Source: Flavobacteriales bacterium UBA5040
GTDB taxonomy: Bacteria; Bacteroidota; Bacteroidia; Flavobacteriales; Weeksellaceae
Direction: 5' to 3'
Length of the DNA stretch: 64,000 bases
Assembly (NCBI GenBank): GCA_002415135.1
Contig: DIBY01000016.1
Coordinates: forward strand, 11,319-75,318
Shown: positions 49,153 through 59,812 of the stretch, in pieces
How positions within the stretch are numbered: position 1 is the first letter of the stretch
Layout: every line of letters begins with the position of its first letter
The notes under the pieces: model-generated
What the model was told of the DNA's origin: nothing
Databases searched by the model: none
What the model saw: the letters and a program-made list of their open reading frames with translations, nothing else
Translations under genes and position numbers: made by a program

Positions 49153-50544
49153 TTATTGAATATTATATTTTTTCGATCTAAAATCTAATTTTTTTAATCC
49201 TTGCTGAATTTCTGGCGCATTCATAAATAACTTCCAGATCAAACCTGTTCTGTAATTCTCGATCATGGGCGAAATTGTTCCCTGATCAATGGCCAAATAT
49301 CGTGGCGTAAACCAGTTTTCATAGTTAATTGAAGTGGCATCATAAGGTCCAGCTGAACCAATAAATTGTGGTTTCTGCTGATACAAAAATCTTAAAAAAT
49401 CCATTGATTCTTTTGGCGTGTACGGAAAACTACTTAGCGCGGCAGTTGGATTAATGACGCCGGAATCATTGATCGGCGTATGAGCCGTATAACCAGCTGA
49501 ACCATCTTTATTTCTGGTATATCCCGCTGAAAGCCCCCAATAATTAGGTCCATAACCTTTCCACTTTTTAGGATTTTCAACGCAGTATTTATAATCGATT
49601 ATTACGTGATTTTTATTTAAATCAAAATAATTGAAAACAAATCTATCGGATAAACCTGTTGGGTCTAAGGCAAGGTAAGAATACTGTGCCCAAAAAAGTG
49701 GACCGCCGTATTCTTCAGCTCCATTGTGTTTCACGTATATCGGTAAGCCGTATTTTGTTTTATCCGTAGTGTAGGTTCCATCTTTAGTCCAACCTTTATA
49801 ATAAGTTTCCGCATCGATCGGATGCGTTGGTGAAGAGGCTGCTAAAATATAGGTTACTAAAGTTTCATCATAACCTTTTAATGGAAAATTCATATCCCAG
49901 CCGTACGTTGGTGACCAATGCCAATAAAGCGTTTTTTCGCCACCTTTGGTGTACCAGTTCCACTCTACTCCTTTCCAGAGCCCATCCATTTTTTGAGCAA
50001 GAATTTTCTCTTCTGTATTTCCGTTTTTAAAGTATTCGCGTACTGAAATAATTCCCTGAACTAAAAAGGCGGTTTCTACTAAGTCTCCACCATTGTCTTT
50101 TTTTCCAAACGGAACGGTTTTACCGGTTTCGCCATTGATCCAATGCGACCATGCGCCGTGATGACGATCTGATTTGGCGAGAAAATCTGCCATCGTGGTC
50201 AGTCTTTTCACCGCTTCTTTCCGTGGGATAAAATTTCTTTCAATCCCAACCAAAATAGTCATCATTCCGAATCCCGAACCGCCGGTGGTAATTACATTTT
50301 TATCATTTTGCGGGTAAATGCCGTCTTCATGGTAACGCTCTCTTCCTAACATGGAATTAGGTTCTGCATATTCCCAAAAATATTTTAAAACGTCCTTTTG
50401 AACTTGGGTCATCAAAACCTCATCTGCTGTATTTAAAGGATTTTCAGTGGAAACAATTGCTGGTTTCACACTTTCACACGACAGTAGTGATAAAGTTAGA
50501 AGTCCGGAAATAAGGGCAATTTTATTCATTACTATTTTCTTCAT
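49153..50544 (-). CDS. GH144-like endo-beta-1,2-glucanase (glucoamylase-like fold), lipoprotein
   Basis: GGSGFG, HGAWSHW, NGGDLVET, LYWHWSP, YLAIDQG. Confidence 0.8.
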   Translation of the reverse strand: MKKIVMNKIALISGLLTLSLLSCESVKPAIVSTENPLNTADEVLMTQVQKDVLKYFWEYAEPNSMLGRERYHEDGIYPQNDKNVITTGGSGFGMMTILVGIERNFIPRKEAVKRLTTMADFLAKSDRHHGAWSHWINGETGKTVPFGKKDNGGDLVETAFLVQGIISVREYFKNGNTEEKILAQKMDGLWKGVEWNWYTKGGEKTLYWHWSPTYGWDMNFPLKGYDETLVTYILAASSPTHPIDAETYYKGWTKDGTYTTDKTKYGLPIYVKHNGAEEYGGPLFWAQYSYLALDPTGLSDRFVFNYFDLNKNHVIIDYKYCVENPKKWKGYGPNYWGLSAGYTRNKDGSAGYTAHTPINDSGVINPTAALSSFPYTPKESMDFLRFLYQQKPQFIGSAGPYDATSINYENWFTPRYLAIDQGTISPMIENYRTGLIWKLFMNAPEIQQGLKKLDFRSKKYNIQ

Positions 50545-50557
50545 TACTTAGTAGATC

Positions 50558-51949
50558 TTAGAATCCATATTGGGTTGAATGGAAGCCCAATTTAATTAAT
50601 CCCTGTTTAATATCGGGAGCATTCATAAATAAATTCCACAAGAAGGCTGATTTATGATTTTCGATCATGGGAGAAATTGGTCCCTGGTCAATCGCCAAAT
50701 ATCTTGGCGTTAACCAATTAAAATGTATCGAATAAGCATCGTAAGGTCCTGCAACTCCAATATATTTCGAATAATTATCATTGTATAGAAAACGTAAATA
50801 GTTCATACTTTCGGTTGGAGTGTAAGGCATACTTGAAATCGCTGCTGTTGGAGAAATTACGCCTAAATCATTTGTGGGTTGATGCGCAGAATAGCCGGTT
50901 GTTCCGTCTGAGTTACGACTATAACTCGCTGTTAACCCCCAGTTTTTAGCACTGTAACCAGTCCAGTTTTTAGGGTTTGCAGTGGCATACTGATGCATGA
51001 TTTTAGCATGATTTTTAGTTGCATTACCGTAATTGACATATTCATCAGTAAGACCACGAGGATCTAAACCCAGGAAAGAATAGTGTGAAAAGAACATAGG
51101 ACCGACCGTTCCGCTTGCGCCGTTATGATTGACTACTAAAGGAATTCCATATTGGGAAGCAGAACTTTTTATACTTCCGTTTCTGGCCCAACCCTGTTGA
51201 TAAACTGTTTTATCAATCGAATAATTTGGAGATGCTGCTGACAAAATATAAGTGATGATCGTTTCATCGTATCCCTGAATTTTAAGATTCATTTGAAAAT
51301 CATAATTTGGAGACCAGTGCCAATATAAAACGTTTTGACCTTGCGTGTACCAATTCCACTCTACCCCTTTCCAAAGTGAATCGGCTTTTTCTGACAATGC
51401 AAGTTCGGAAGGATCAGTAGAATTTTTAAAATATTCACGGACGCAGATTAAACCTTGTACGAGAAATGCTGTTTCAACCAAGTCGCCACCATTATCCATT
51501 GTTCCAAAAGGAATTACATTTCCGTTAGTTCCATTGATCCAATGGGACCAGGCGCCATGAAACCTGTTTGCATTCTGTAGAAAATTTAGTGAAGTTGTTA
51601 ATCGGGAAACTGCTTCTGAACGAGGAACATTTCCATTTTTAATGCCTACTAAAATCGTCATTAAACCAAAACCAGATCCACCAGTACTGACGACTGAAGC
51701 ATCTGCGCCTGGATTATCAGTATGATATCTTTCGCGTGCTAGTTTTGAATTCACCTCAGCATAATCCCAAAAATATTTGGTGGCATCTTTTTGAACCATA
51801 TCAATGATTTGAGAATCGGTATAGACGATGCTTGCAGGCGGCTCACCTGAATGTGGTGGAATAAATATTTCTCTGTCTCCACTAGAGCAACTGCCACAGC
51901 TTAATGCTATGGCAGTTACTATGTAGAGATGTAAATAACGTAATTTCAT
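50558..51949 (-). CDS. Second GH144-like endo-beta-1,2-glucanase, lipoprotein
   Basis: Same motif set as the neighbour; tandem paralogue. Confidence 0.8.
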   Translation of the reverse strand: MKLRYLHLYIVTAIALSCGSCSSGDREIFIPPHSGEPPASIVYTDSQIIDMVQKDATKYFWDYAEVNSKLARERYHTDNPGADASVVSTGGSGFGLMTILVGIKNGNVPRSEAVSRLTTSLNFLQNANRFHGAWSHWINGTNGNVIPFGTMDNGGDLVETAFLVQGLICVREYFKNSTDPSELALSEKADSLWKGVEWNWYTQGQNVLYWHWSPNYDFQMNLKIQGYDETIITYILSAASPNYSIDKTVYQQGWARNGSIKSSASQYGIPLVVNHNGASGTVGPMFFSHYSFLGLDPRGLTDEYVNYGNATKNHAKIMHQYATANPKNWTGYSAKNWGLTASYSRNSDGTTGYSAHQPTNDLGVISPTAAISSMPYTPTESMNYLRFLYNDNYSKYIGVAGPYDAYSIHFNWLTPRYLAIDQGPISPMIENHKSAFLWNLFMNAPDIKQGLIKLGFHSTQYGF

Positions 51950-52801
51950 TTATCTTTTTTTGGTAAACAAGGTCTGAACTTCTGCCGCAGACAATGGTGT
52001 AGTGTACATTCTAAACTGGTCGATTCCACCGGTCCAAGAATTTTTTAACCAGTCATCGCCATTATTTGCAATTTCAGCTGGGGTAAATTCCTGAGGTCCC
52101 GCTCCTATTTTTAAACCTGTAATTTTAGCAGGTTCTAAAACGATGTTACCATGACCTGTCCATTCAGATGTTGGTTTTGGCTGTCCATCTACATATAAGG
52201 TCATTACAGACGTACCACCATCATAAACAAAAGCTAAATGATGCCAGTTTCCATCATATATTCCTGCGACAAATCCAGTTGAAGCCCATGGAACCCATTC
52301 GAACCATTTCTCGCCTGTTTTATCTCTAACAAAAAATTTCAGAATAGGCTCAGCTACAGAACCTTCAGTTAGTAAAAACATTGATCCACCAGACCAGTGG
52401 TAACCATCAACTGCAGGCATACTGAAAACATGATCTGTCTTCATCACACTTTTTTTTGTCCAAACAGAAACGGTAAAACTTCCGGCATTTTTTGCAAAAT
52501 CGTTAGCATTTGAATACTTAATATATTTATAATTTGCACCTTGCACGCCTTTGCCTTTTGCACCATCAATAGAAGCTAAAGGATTATCGTTTGGAAATTT
52601 CGCTTTGACACTGTCAACCGCATTCATCAAAGGATTGTTCGTAGTTCCATCAAAAGCGACATAAAACTTCAAAGGTCCACCAGGAGCATTAATGTCTTTC
52701 GGATAATCAGCGTCCAATTCAGGTCTATCTAAATTTTGACACGAAACTGCCAATACAGCTAAACTGAGTATCCCTATTATTTTTATTATTTTATTTTTCA
52801 T
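51950..52801 (-). CDS. LamG/concanavalin-like surface glycan-binding lipoprotein
   Basis: Lipobox VSC; WHHLAFVYDG, LYVDG, IDQFRMY. Confidence 0.8.
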   Translation of the reverse strand: MKNKIIKIIGILSLAVLAVSCQNLDRPELDADYPKDINAPGGPLKFYVAFDGTTNNPLMNAVDSVKAKFPNDNPLASIDGAKGKGVQGANYKYIKYSNANDFAKNAGSFTVSVWTKKSVMKTDHVFSMPAVDGYHWSGGSMFLLTEGSVAEPILKFFVRDKTGEKWFEWVPWASTGFVAGIYDGNWHHLAFVYDGGTSVMTLYVDGQPKPTSEWTGHGNIVLEPAKITGLKIGAGPQEFTPAEIANNGDDWLKNSWTGGIDQFRMYTTPLSAAEVQTLFTKKR

Positions 52802-52812
52802 TGTAATCGTAA

Positions 52813-54291
52813 TTAATAGTTAGGATTTTGAATAAGAACCCCTTGTGATTTATCGATTGCACCTTGAGGAATAGGGAAATATTTATTTCGATCCGTATAA
52901 CCAAGAGGTGCTAAAACGGTAGTGGCGTCTTGCCATCTCACAAGATCATAGAATCTCTCGAACTCCATTCCAAACTCGACACGTCTTTCTTGCTTAATTG
53001 CATTTCGCATGCTTCCTTGATCTGCAGCAGAAGTGTTGGCTAAACCAGCTCTTGTTCGAATTTTATTTAAATGGATCGCAGCTGTAGCAGTTTGTCCTAA
53101 TTCATTTGCAGCTTCGGCGGCAATTAATATTACATCGGCATATCTAATGAATTTTATATTTTCCCAATAATTTTTACCGGTTGCATATTTAACTCTTTCT
53201 GAAGGTCTTGTATATGCTTTTCCGTTCCAGTACTTTTGTGCTAAAGGTGGTGAACCAGGTAAAGTTAGATTAGGAGAGTTATAAATATCTGGTCCTCCTG
53301 AAAATAAAATCGTCGTTTTTTTACGCAAGTCACCAGGTTCATAAGCTCCGACTAAACCTTCGGAGGGAACGTTGAATCCCCATCCTAAATCCCATTCGCC
53401 AGAACCTCTCACCCCTTGTGATTCGAAGAAGTTATTGGTGTATTTTTTAGGAAAGTCATAGGTTTTCTGAACTTCTAAAATGGATTCTTTCGAGTTATTT
53501 CCATCTAAAGTAAATTCGGTATCATACGAAGCATTCAACATGTAAGCGTTGGAGTTGATAACTGCATCTGCAAACTGCAAAGATTTAGCATAATCTTTTT
53601 GATAGAGGTATAATTTTGCCAACAGGGTGTTGGCTAAACCAGAAGTAGCTCTACCTAAGTAAGCGCTTGCCCATTGGCTTGGCAAGATGTCTTTCGACTC
53701 CGTAAGATCTTTAACGATCTGAGCATCTACTTCTGCAAGAGTGTTCTTTGCAGCAACCTCATCTGCAGGCACATCAATCGTTTTTAGATTAATAGGCACT
53801 TCGCCATAATCACGTCTTAATTCAAAGAAACAAAAAGCACGAATTACTTTAGCTTCAGCAACATTGATCGCAGTTCCAGCAGAGGTATCACCAGAAGCCG
53901 CAGCATCGTTGATGAGTTCGTTGGCATCATAAATAACTTTGTAATGTCCGTTCCAGTTGGTACCGATGTGGCCATTGGAAGCACTGTAGGCAAAATTATT
54001 AAACACGTTACCATCGGTAGCTGCATCAGAAGCTGTACTTCCTTTTTCATTATCGTCAGCACGGATGCCGTGGGTCCAGACGTAAGTAAAATCACTTACT
54101 CCACTCTGCTCTCTTAAACCTGCGTATAGACCAAAAGCTTGCGCTTCAAATCCACCTACAGTCACTTCATTTCCAACAGGTCTGCCTTCAGGTTTCAAAT
54201 CTAACCAATCATCTCCACAACTTTGGAAAGAGACTGCTGCGACAGAAAGAACTCCTGTCAGCATTATATTTTTAAATATTTTATAATTCAT
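52813..54291 (-). CDS. RagB/SusD nutrient-binding lipoprotein
   Basis: RYADVIL..AEA, ERRVEFGME..RFYDLVRW, QNPNY. Confidence 0.93.
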   Translation of the reverse strand: MNYKIFKNIMLTGVLSVAAVSFQSCGDDWLDLKPEGRPVGNEVTVGGFEAQAFGLYAGLREQSGVSDFTYVWTHGIRADDNEKGSTASDAATDGNVFNNFAYSASNGHIGTNWNGHYKVIYDANELINDAAASGDTSAGTAINVAEAKVIRAFCFFELRRDYGEVPINLKTIDVPADEVAAKNTLAEVDAQIVKDLTESKDILPSQWASAYLGRATSGLANTLLAKLYLYQKDYAKSLQFADAVINSNAYMLNASYDTEFTLDGNNSKESILEVQKTYDFPKKYTNNFFESQGVRGSGEWDLGWGFNVPSEGLVGAYEPGDLRKKTTILFSGGPDIYNSPNLTLPGSPPLAQKYWNGKAYTRPSERVKYATGKNYWENIKFIRYADVILIAAEAANELGQTATAAIHLNKIRTRAGLANTSAADQGSMRNAIKQERRVEFGMEFERFYDLVRWQDATTVLAPLGYTDRNKYFPIPQGAIDKSQGVLIQNPNY

Positions 54292-54302
54292 TTTGTAATT
54301 TT

Positions 54303-57128
54303 TTAAAAGGTTGCGTTAATACCAACACTGGCAATTCTTGGGTTTGGATATCCGCTGCCGTTGTAACCATACTCTACAGCGCTACCACCAAACTCAGGGG
54401 TAAAACTGTTTACGTGATCCCATGTTTTAAGATTTTGCACGTTGACATAAAGCTTAAGAGCCTGTAGCTTCAAGCCAGAAATTAAGTCCTTGTTAAAATT
54501 ATATCCTGCCTGAACATTTCTAATTCTGAAGAAACTACCATCTTCGATCATATAATCAGAAGGAAGTGCGTTGTAACCTGAACCTGTGTAGCTTCTAGGC
54601 TCCCAGTTTGATGTTCCTGGTCCTGTCCAACGATCCATTCTTTCTTCTCTATAATTAAACGGTGCGAAAGAACTTCCATTGCCCCAACTTCTATACACTT
54701 CATTTCCATAAACTCCATAAAAATCAGCGCTTAAGAACCATCCTTTATAATCACCACCAAGACTGAATCCGTAAGTAAAATCAGGAGTTGGGTCGCCAAT
54801 TATCGTTCTGTCATCTGCGGAAATTTTTCCATCGCCATTGATATCACGGTATTTGAAATCCCCCGGAGCAACATCTCCAATTGTAGAAGCTGGATGCCCT
54901 AAAATGTCTGCATAAGACTGGTAAATTCCTTCAACCTGATAACCGTAGAAAGATCCGATCGGCGAACCTTGCTGATAAATCGAGGAACCGAAATATCCGA
55001 TATATCCATCGTTCAGCGTTTTTAGCACTTCTGTTTTAGTGGTCGTAAGGTTACCATTAATATAGTAAGTGAAGTTTTCTGCGATACGATCTTTCCAACC
55101 TGCGGTAAATTCAAAACCTTTCGCCTCGATAGAACCTGCATTTAGAAAATAATCTGGATTTCCATCGACACGATTCAATAAATCCTGCGTTTGTTTGTTA
55201 TAATAAGCAGCATCCAAAGAAAGCCTTCTATTGAGCATCGATGACTCAAAACCGAATTCATACGATTTTAAATGCTCCCATTTTAGATCAGTTGCTTCTT
55301 CAAATTCTTTAATAAAAGCTGGATATAAGTTGCCATTAAAAACTCCAGTTCCACCTTCTACATAAACAGGGTAACCGAAGTAATTGTAGAATGAATTTTG
55401 ATTTCCTAAATCACCATAAGAACCTTTGACTTTTAAGTAATTAAGAAAAGTAACATTTTCCATAAAACTTTCTTTTGTTACTTCCCATGCTCCACCAACA
55501 GCCCAAAAAGTATCAAATCGATTGCCTGGTGCTAAAGCTGATGAACCATCTCTTCGTAAGGAGGCATTTAATAAATATTTATTTTTGAAGCTGTATAACG
55601 CACGTCCAAAATAAGATACATTTCTCCTTTTACTCTGACCGGTATTTAAAGTCTTAGTCGTAGAATCTACAAAATCACTGTTCAAATACCAGAAGCGAGG
55701 ATTGTTTGGAATCTGGCCCAAAGGATTGGAGAGTCCTCCTTTCGCGCTACCTGACATTGAGTTGTTATCTAAACTGATCGTTTCAAAACCTGCCATCAAC
55801 GTTAAATCATGTGATCCAAATTTATTTTTGTAGGTTAAGAGTTGATTTTGTTGAAACTCGATGATTCTATTTTCAAACTGACTTACGCTCGTTAAAGCTT
55901 GTCCATCAGCAAGCGCCTGAGTATTCGTTTCTGGAATATAAATATTAAAAATAGGCTGATATCCTCTTCCGAAGCCACTTGCGTAATTCACGAAGAAATT
56001 AGATCGGAATGTGAAATTATTAAAGAAGTCAAATTCCACATACATATTAGGATTGAACTGCAAATTCCTATTGAGTTGCGTATATCTTCTTCCTTCCACT
56101 TGTGCTAAAGGATTCGCAATCTGTGCAGCACCAATTTCTTGCGGTAGAGAATTATACAATCCATAAAATTCACCTTCAATCATATTAATAGGAGCTACAA
56201 CCGGTGTTGCATTTAATGCTCCGCCAAAGCCTCTAAGCTGTGGTAGTTTCGCATAAGATCCAGTTAAACCAAAACCTGCACGAAGATGATCACTTATCTT
56301 TAAATCATCATTAAATTTAAGCGTCATACGACTGTAATCTTCAAATTTAATCGAGCCTTCTTCCTCGTGATAACCAAAAGAAAAACTTACTCTGTTCTTA
56401 TCGCTTCCATTTGAAATCGTTACGTTATGCTGACTAATAATACCACCTTTTTTCGCGATCTGATCGATCCAATTGGTATCTGCATTAAAAATATTGAATT
56501 TATCATAAGCAGGTAAACCTTGATTGGCTAAATCTTCATTATAAAGAATTTTGAACTGTTCAGCGTTCGTAATATCTGGTCTATTATCCAAGGATTTTAC
56601 ACCAAGGGATGAACTTAAGTTAACGGTAGTACGTCCAGATTTTCCTCTTTTAGTAGTTACGATGATCGCACCGTTCGCTCCTTTATTACCGAAAATTGCG
56701 AGTGATGAAGGATCTTTTAGGATTTCCATGGATTCAATATCCGCTGGATTTAAAAAATCAATGTTATTGGCAAATACTCCATCTACAATATAAACAGGTT
56801 GTGTCTGCCCAATTGTTACCGTACCTCTAATCCTAACATCGGCTTGCGAACCTGGCTGACCCGAATTTACAATCGATAATCCAGCTACCTTTCCCTGTAA
56901 AGAGTTCACAGGATTTGACGCAGGTTTGTCATTGATCTCTTCACCGCTAACCTTCGCAATGGTGCCGGTAAGATCTCTTTTCTTAGCCGATCCATAACCG
57001 ATGACTACTACTTCTTCGATTTTTTGCTCTTTCAGAGTAGTGTCTTGTCTTACATCTTGCCCGCTCACGCTAATACCGAAGTATAAAGCAGCTATTAAAC
57101 AAGGAAACCTTAAGTGACTGTGTTTCAT
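54303..57128 (-). CDS. SusC/RagA TonB-dependent transporter
   Basis: EEVVVIGYG, IESMEILKD, GANGAIIVTTK, terminal F. Confidence 0.94.
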   Translation of the reverse strand: MKHSHLRFPCLIAALYFGISVSGQDVRQDTTLKEQKIEEVVVIGYGSAKKRDLTGTIAKVSGEEINDKPASNPVNSLQGKVAGLSIVNSGQPGSQADVRIRGTVTIGQTQPVYIVDGVFANNIDFLNPADIESMEILKDPSSLAIFGNKGANGAIIVTTKRGKSGRTTVNLSSSLGVKSLDNRPDITNAEQFKILYNEDLANQGLPAYDKFNIFNADTNWIDQIAKKGGIISQHNVTISNGSDKNRVSFSFGYHEEEGSIKFEDYSRMTLKFNDDLKISDHLRAGFGLTGSYAKLPQLRGFGGALNATPVVAPINMIEGEFYGLYNSLPQEIGAAQIANPLAQVEGRRYTQLNRNLQFNPNMYVEFDFFNNFTFRSNFFVNYASGFGRGYQPIFNIYIPETNTQALADGQALTSVSQFENRIIEFQQNQLLTYKNKFGSHDLTLMAGFETISLDNNSMSGSAKGGLSNPLGQIPNNPRFWYLNSDFVDSTTKTLNTGQSKRRNVSYFGRALYSFKNKYLLNASLRRDGSSALAPGNRFDTFWAVGGAWEVTKESFMENVTFLNYLKVKGSYGDLGNQNSFYNYFGYPVYVEGGTGVFNGNLYPAFIKEFEEATDLKWEHLKSYEFGFESSMLNRRLSLDAAYYNKQTQDLLNRVDGNPDYFLNAGSIEAKGFEFTAGWKDRIAENFTYYINGNLTTTKTEVLKTLNDGYIGYFGSSIYQQGSPIGSFYGYQVEGIYQSYADILGHPASTIGDVAPGDFKYRDINGDGKISADDRTIIGDPTPDFTYGFSLGGDYKGWFLSADFYGVYGNEVYRSWGNGSSFAPFNYREERMDRWTGPGTSNWEPRSYTGSGYNALPSDYMIEDGSFFRIRNVQAGYNFNKDLISGLKLQALKLYVNVQNLKTWDHVNSFTPEFGGSAVEYGYNGSGYPNPRIASVGINATF

Positions 57129-57325
57129 ATATTAAGTTTTATTTTTTTTTGCTGAAGCGGACGCCTAATTTGAAAGAAGGTTCGTCTCTACCAAAGTTAT
57201 AAATAAATTTTTACAATGTTAAGAATAATATAATTTTTTATAATTTATGTTAATGAAATAAATCATCAGGTCCTTTAATTTTGTGGCGTACTATTTGACT
57301 AAGATAAATTCCTAAATCAAAAATC

Positions 57326-58009
57326 ATGAGAAGAAATACCATATTAGTAGCCACAATGGCCATCGCAACAATCGGAACTACTGCACAATCTTGTGTAGCC
57401 TTAGCAACCTCAAGTGTAGGTTTAGCGGTGTTAAAACAAATACTGTTAGGCGGCATAACCAAAGGTCTTAACATCTTTAGTGATAAAGACAGTTTTCTTT
57501 CAAATCAACTGATTGATGCGGCACTTCCGAGTCAACTGCGTGATTTAAACAGCACTTTGCAGAAAATAGGTTTAAGTAATTTGGTTCAGAAGGAAAAAGA
57601 ATTTATCGCGAGAGCAGCTGCATTTACAGTAGATACTTCCAGACCAATTTTAATCAACGCCGTGAACTCACTCGACGCCCAAGATGCCGCCAGAATTGTA
57701 CAGGGAGGAAGTGGCGCTGCAACGCAAATTTTGAAAGAAAAAACATCTGCGCAATTAATGGCGGCGATTGCTCCAAAAGTTGATGCAAAATTAAATGAGT
57801 TTGGAATCGTCCAGTCGTTAAATTCAGCACTATCAGGAACTAATTTATTAGGAAGTATTTTCGGGGGACAAAACTCCAATAATATGGCGACCAGCAGCAT
57901 TAGTAATTTTGCCGCAGAACAAATGGTAAATGGACTTTTCAATATTATCCAAAGCCACGAGCAGCAGAATTCAAATACGATTCTAAATTCTCTTAACGGA
58001 ATGAAATAA
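57326..58009 (+). CDS. DUF4197 family lipoprotein
   Basis: Lipobox QSC; DAARIVQGG..AATQILK, GLFNII. Confidence 0.75.
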   Translation: MRRNTILVATMAIATIGTTAQSCVALATSSVGLAVLKQILLGGITKGLNIFSDKDSFLSNQLIDAALPSQLRDLNSTLQKIGLSNLVQKEKEFIARAAAFTVDTSRPILINAVNSLDAQDAARIVQGGSGAATQILKEKTSAQLMAAIAPKVDAKLNEFGIVQSLNSALSGTNLLGSIFGGQNSNNMATSSISNFAAEQMVNGLFNIIQSHEQQNSNTILNSLNGMK

Positions 58010-58031
58010 AAAATATAATTAACTATCTTTG

Positions 58032-58058
58032 AATTCCGGTTTAGGCCGGAATTTTTTT
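58032..58058 (+). terminator. Intrinsic terminator
   Basis: AATTCCGGT-TTAG-GCCGGAATTTTTTT. Confidence 0.7.
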
Positions 58059-58076
58059 AATTAAAATTACCACACC

Positions 58077-58385
58077 ATGTCAAATAGTTGCAATCTTGGA
58101 GATCCTAAAGATCCCGAAAATTTCTATTCTTCTCTCAAAGAAAAATTGGAAAACAATCACAACTTTCCAGAAGATTATCTTTTCAAGTTCATCATCTTAA
58201 ATGAAGAAAAAAAAATCACTGAAATATACCGTGCATTTGACGATATGAAATTCACGCTTTCCAGCAAAGAAAGTAAAAATGCGAAATATGTCTCTTTAAG
58301 TATCAGTGCGTTTGTATTAGATGCAGAGCATGTGATTTCAATTTATAAAAAAGTGGGCGAAATCGAAGGAGTAATGTCACTTTAA
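58077..58385 (+). CDS. DUF493 family protein
   Basis: FPEDYLFKFI, SKNAKYVS, IEGVMSL. Confidence 0.8.
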   Translation: MSNSCNLGDPKDPENFYSSLKEKLENNHNFPEDYLFKFIILNEEKKITEIYRAFDDMKFTLSSKESKNAKYVSLSISAFVLDAEHVISIYKKVGEIEGVMSL

Positions 58386-58386
58386 A

Positions 58387-59283
58387 ATGATGAATATATT
58401 AATCACCGGAGGAACCGGCTTAGTCGGAACAGCTTTAGTTAAAAAATTAGAAGAGCGTAACCATACGGTTAGAATTTTAACCCGCTCAGAAAGTGAGGAA
58501 AAAAATGAATTCTATTGGAATATCGATGACAAAAAAATCGATGACAAAGCGTTCGAAAATCTGGATTGCATTATTCATCTGGCAGGTGCCAACATCAGTG
58601 AAAGATGGACGGACGATTATAGAAAAGAACTGTATTCCAGCAGAATTGATTCTGCTCATCTACTTCGGGAATATTGTGTGGAAAAAGGAATCCATTTAAA
58701 GTCTTTTATCTCGTCCTCTGGAGTTAATTATTACGGGACTTTTACGTCTGACCAAATATTAACCGAAGAATCAGAAATTGTTGAAAATGATTTTCTGGCA
58801 AAACTTTGTGTAGCGTGGGAAAATGCTGCTGATCAATTTGAATCGATTGCTGAACGAGTGGTTTGCTTGCGTACGGCAGTAGTTTTATCAAAAAAAGGTG
58901 GTGCTTTTCCGCTCTTGAAAAAAACAGTTAATCTGAACATTGGCTCAGGAGTTGGAACAGGAAAACAATGGATGAACTGGATCCACATTGACGATCTTGT
59001 TCATATGTATGTGGAAGCGGCAGAGAATACTTCAATTAACGGGAAGTACAATGCTGTTGCTGACGACATACCGACTAATGAAGTATTTATGAAAAAACTG
59101 GCGAAAGCGGCTGACAAATTCTTTCTCCCTTTCAATGTTCCACCTTTTGTTATGAAGTCGGTCTTCGGAGAAATGAGTTCGATTATTGTAGAAGGCACCC
59201 GAGCAGATAACAAAAAAATCAAATCGCAGGGATTTGATTTTAAATATTCTACCTTGGATGAGGCTTTTAAAAATTTAGTTTAA
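58387..59283 (+). CDS. TIGR01777 family epimerase/oxidoreductase
   Basis: TGGTGLVG, HLAGANI..RWT, SRI, WIHIDD. Confidence 0.88.
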   Translation: MMNILITGGTGLVGTALVKKLEERNHTVRILTRSESEEKNEFYWNIDDKKIDDKAFENLDCIIHLAGANISERWTDDYRKELYSSRIDSAHLLREYCVEKGIHLKSFISSSGVNYYGTFTSDQILTEESEIVENDFLAKLCVAWENAADQFESIAERVVCLRTAVVLSKKGGAFPLLKKTVNLNIGSGVGTGKQWMNWIHIDDLVHMYVEAAENTSINGKYNAVADDIPTNEVFMKKLAKAADKFFLPFNVPPFVMKSVFGEMSSIIVEGTRADNKKIKSQGFDFKYSTLDEAFKNLV

Positions 59284-59382
59284 AAAGAATAGTGAATAGT
59301 GAATTTAAGAAATTTCCACCTAAATATTCACTCGAACAAATTGACTTCTTCGCGAATTCACGCTTTAGAAATTGACAACTGT

Positions 59383-59730
59383 TTATTTTTCAATAAAAAA
59401 TTTCACATTTTCGATAGGACGACCAATCATAGCTACAGAACCCTTAATGATTACGGGTCGCTGAATGAGTGATGGATTTTTCAGCAACATTTGAAATAAA
59501 TCTTCGTCGCACAAATTTTGATCTCGAAATGTTTCTTTGTAAATTTTATCGTTGGTTCTCACCAATTCCTTCACTGGACAGTGAAGCTTTTTCAACACGG
59601 TACGTAATTCGGTTTCACTTAATGGCTCATTAATGATGTCAATAATTTCAAAAGCCACCCCATTTTCATCCAGATATTCTAAAATACCGCGACTCTTGGA
59701 GCAGGAATTATTATGAAGAATTTTAATCAT
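59383..59730 (-). CDS. ArsC/Spx family protein
   Basis: HNNSCSKSR, LIQRP, GRP. Confidence 0.88.
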   Translation of the reverse strand: MIKILHNNSCSKSRGILEYLDENGVAFEIIDIINEPLSETELRTVLKKLHCPVKELVRTNDKIYKETFRDQNLCDEDLFQMLLKNPSLIQRPVIIKGSVAMIGRPIENVKFFIEK

Positions 59731-59812
59731 TATTTTCTATTTAAAAAGTTAATCCTAAAACGTAGGAATTGATCTAAAAATAAAATTGTTTTTCTTCATT
59801 TTTCAATTAGAA

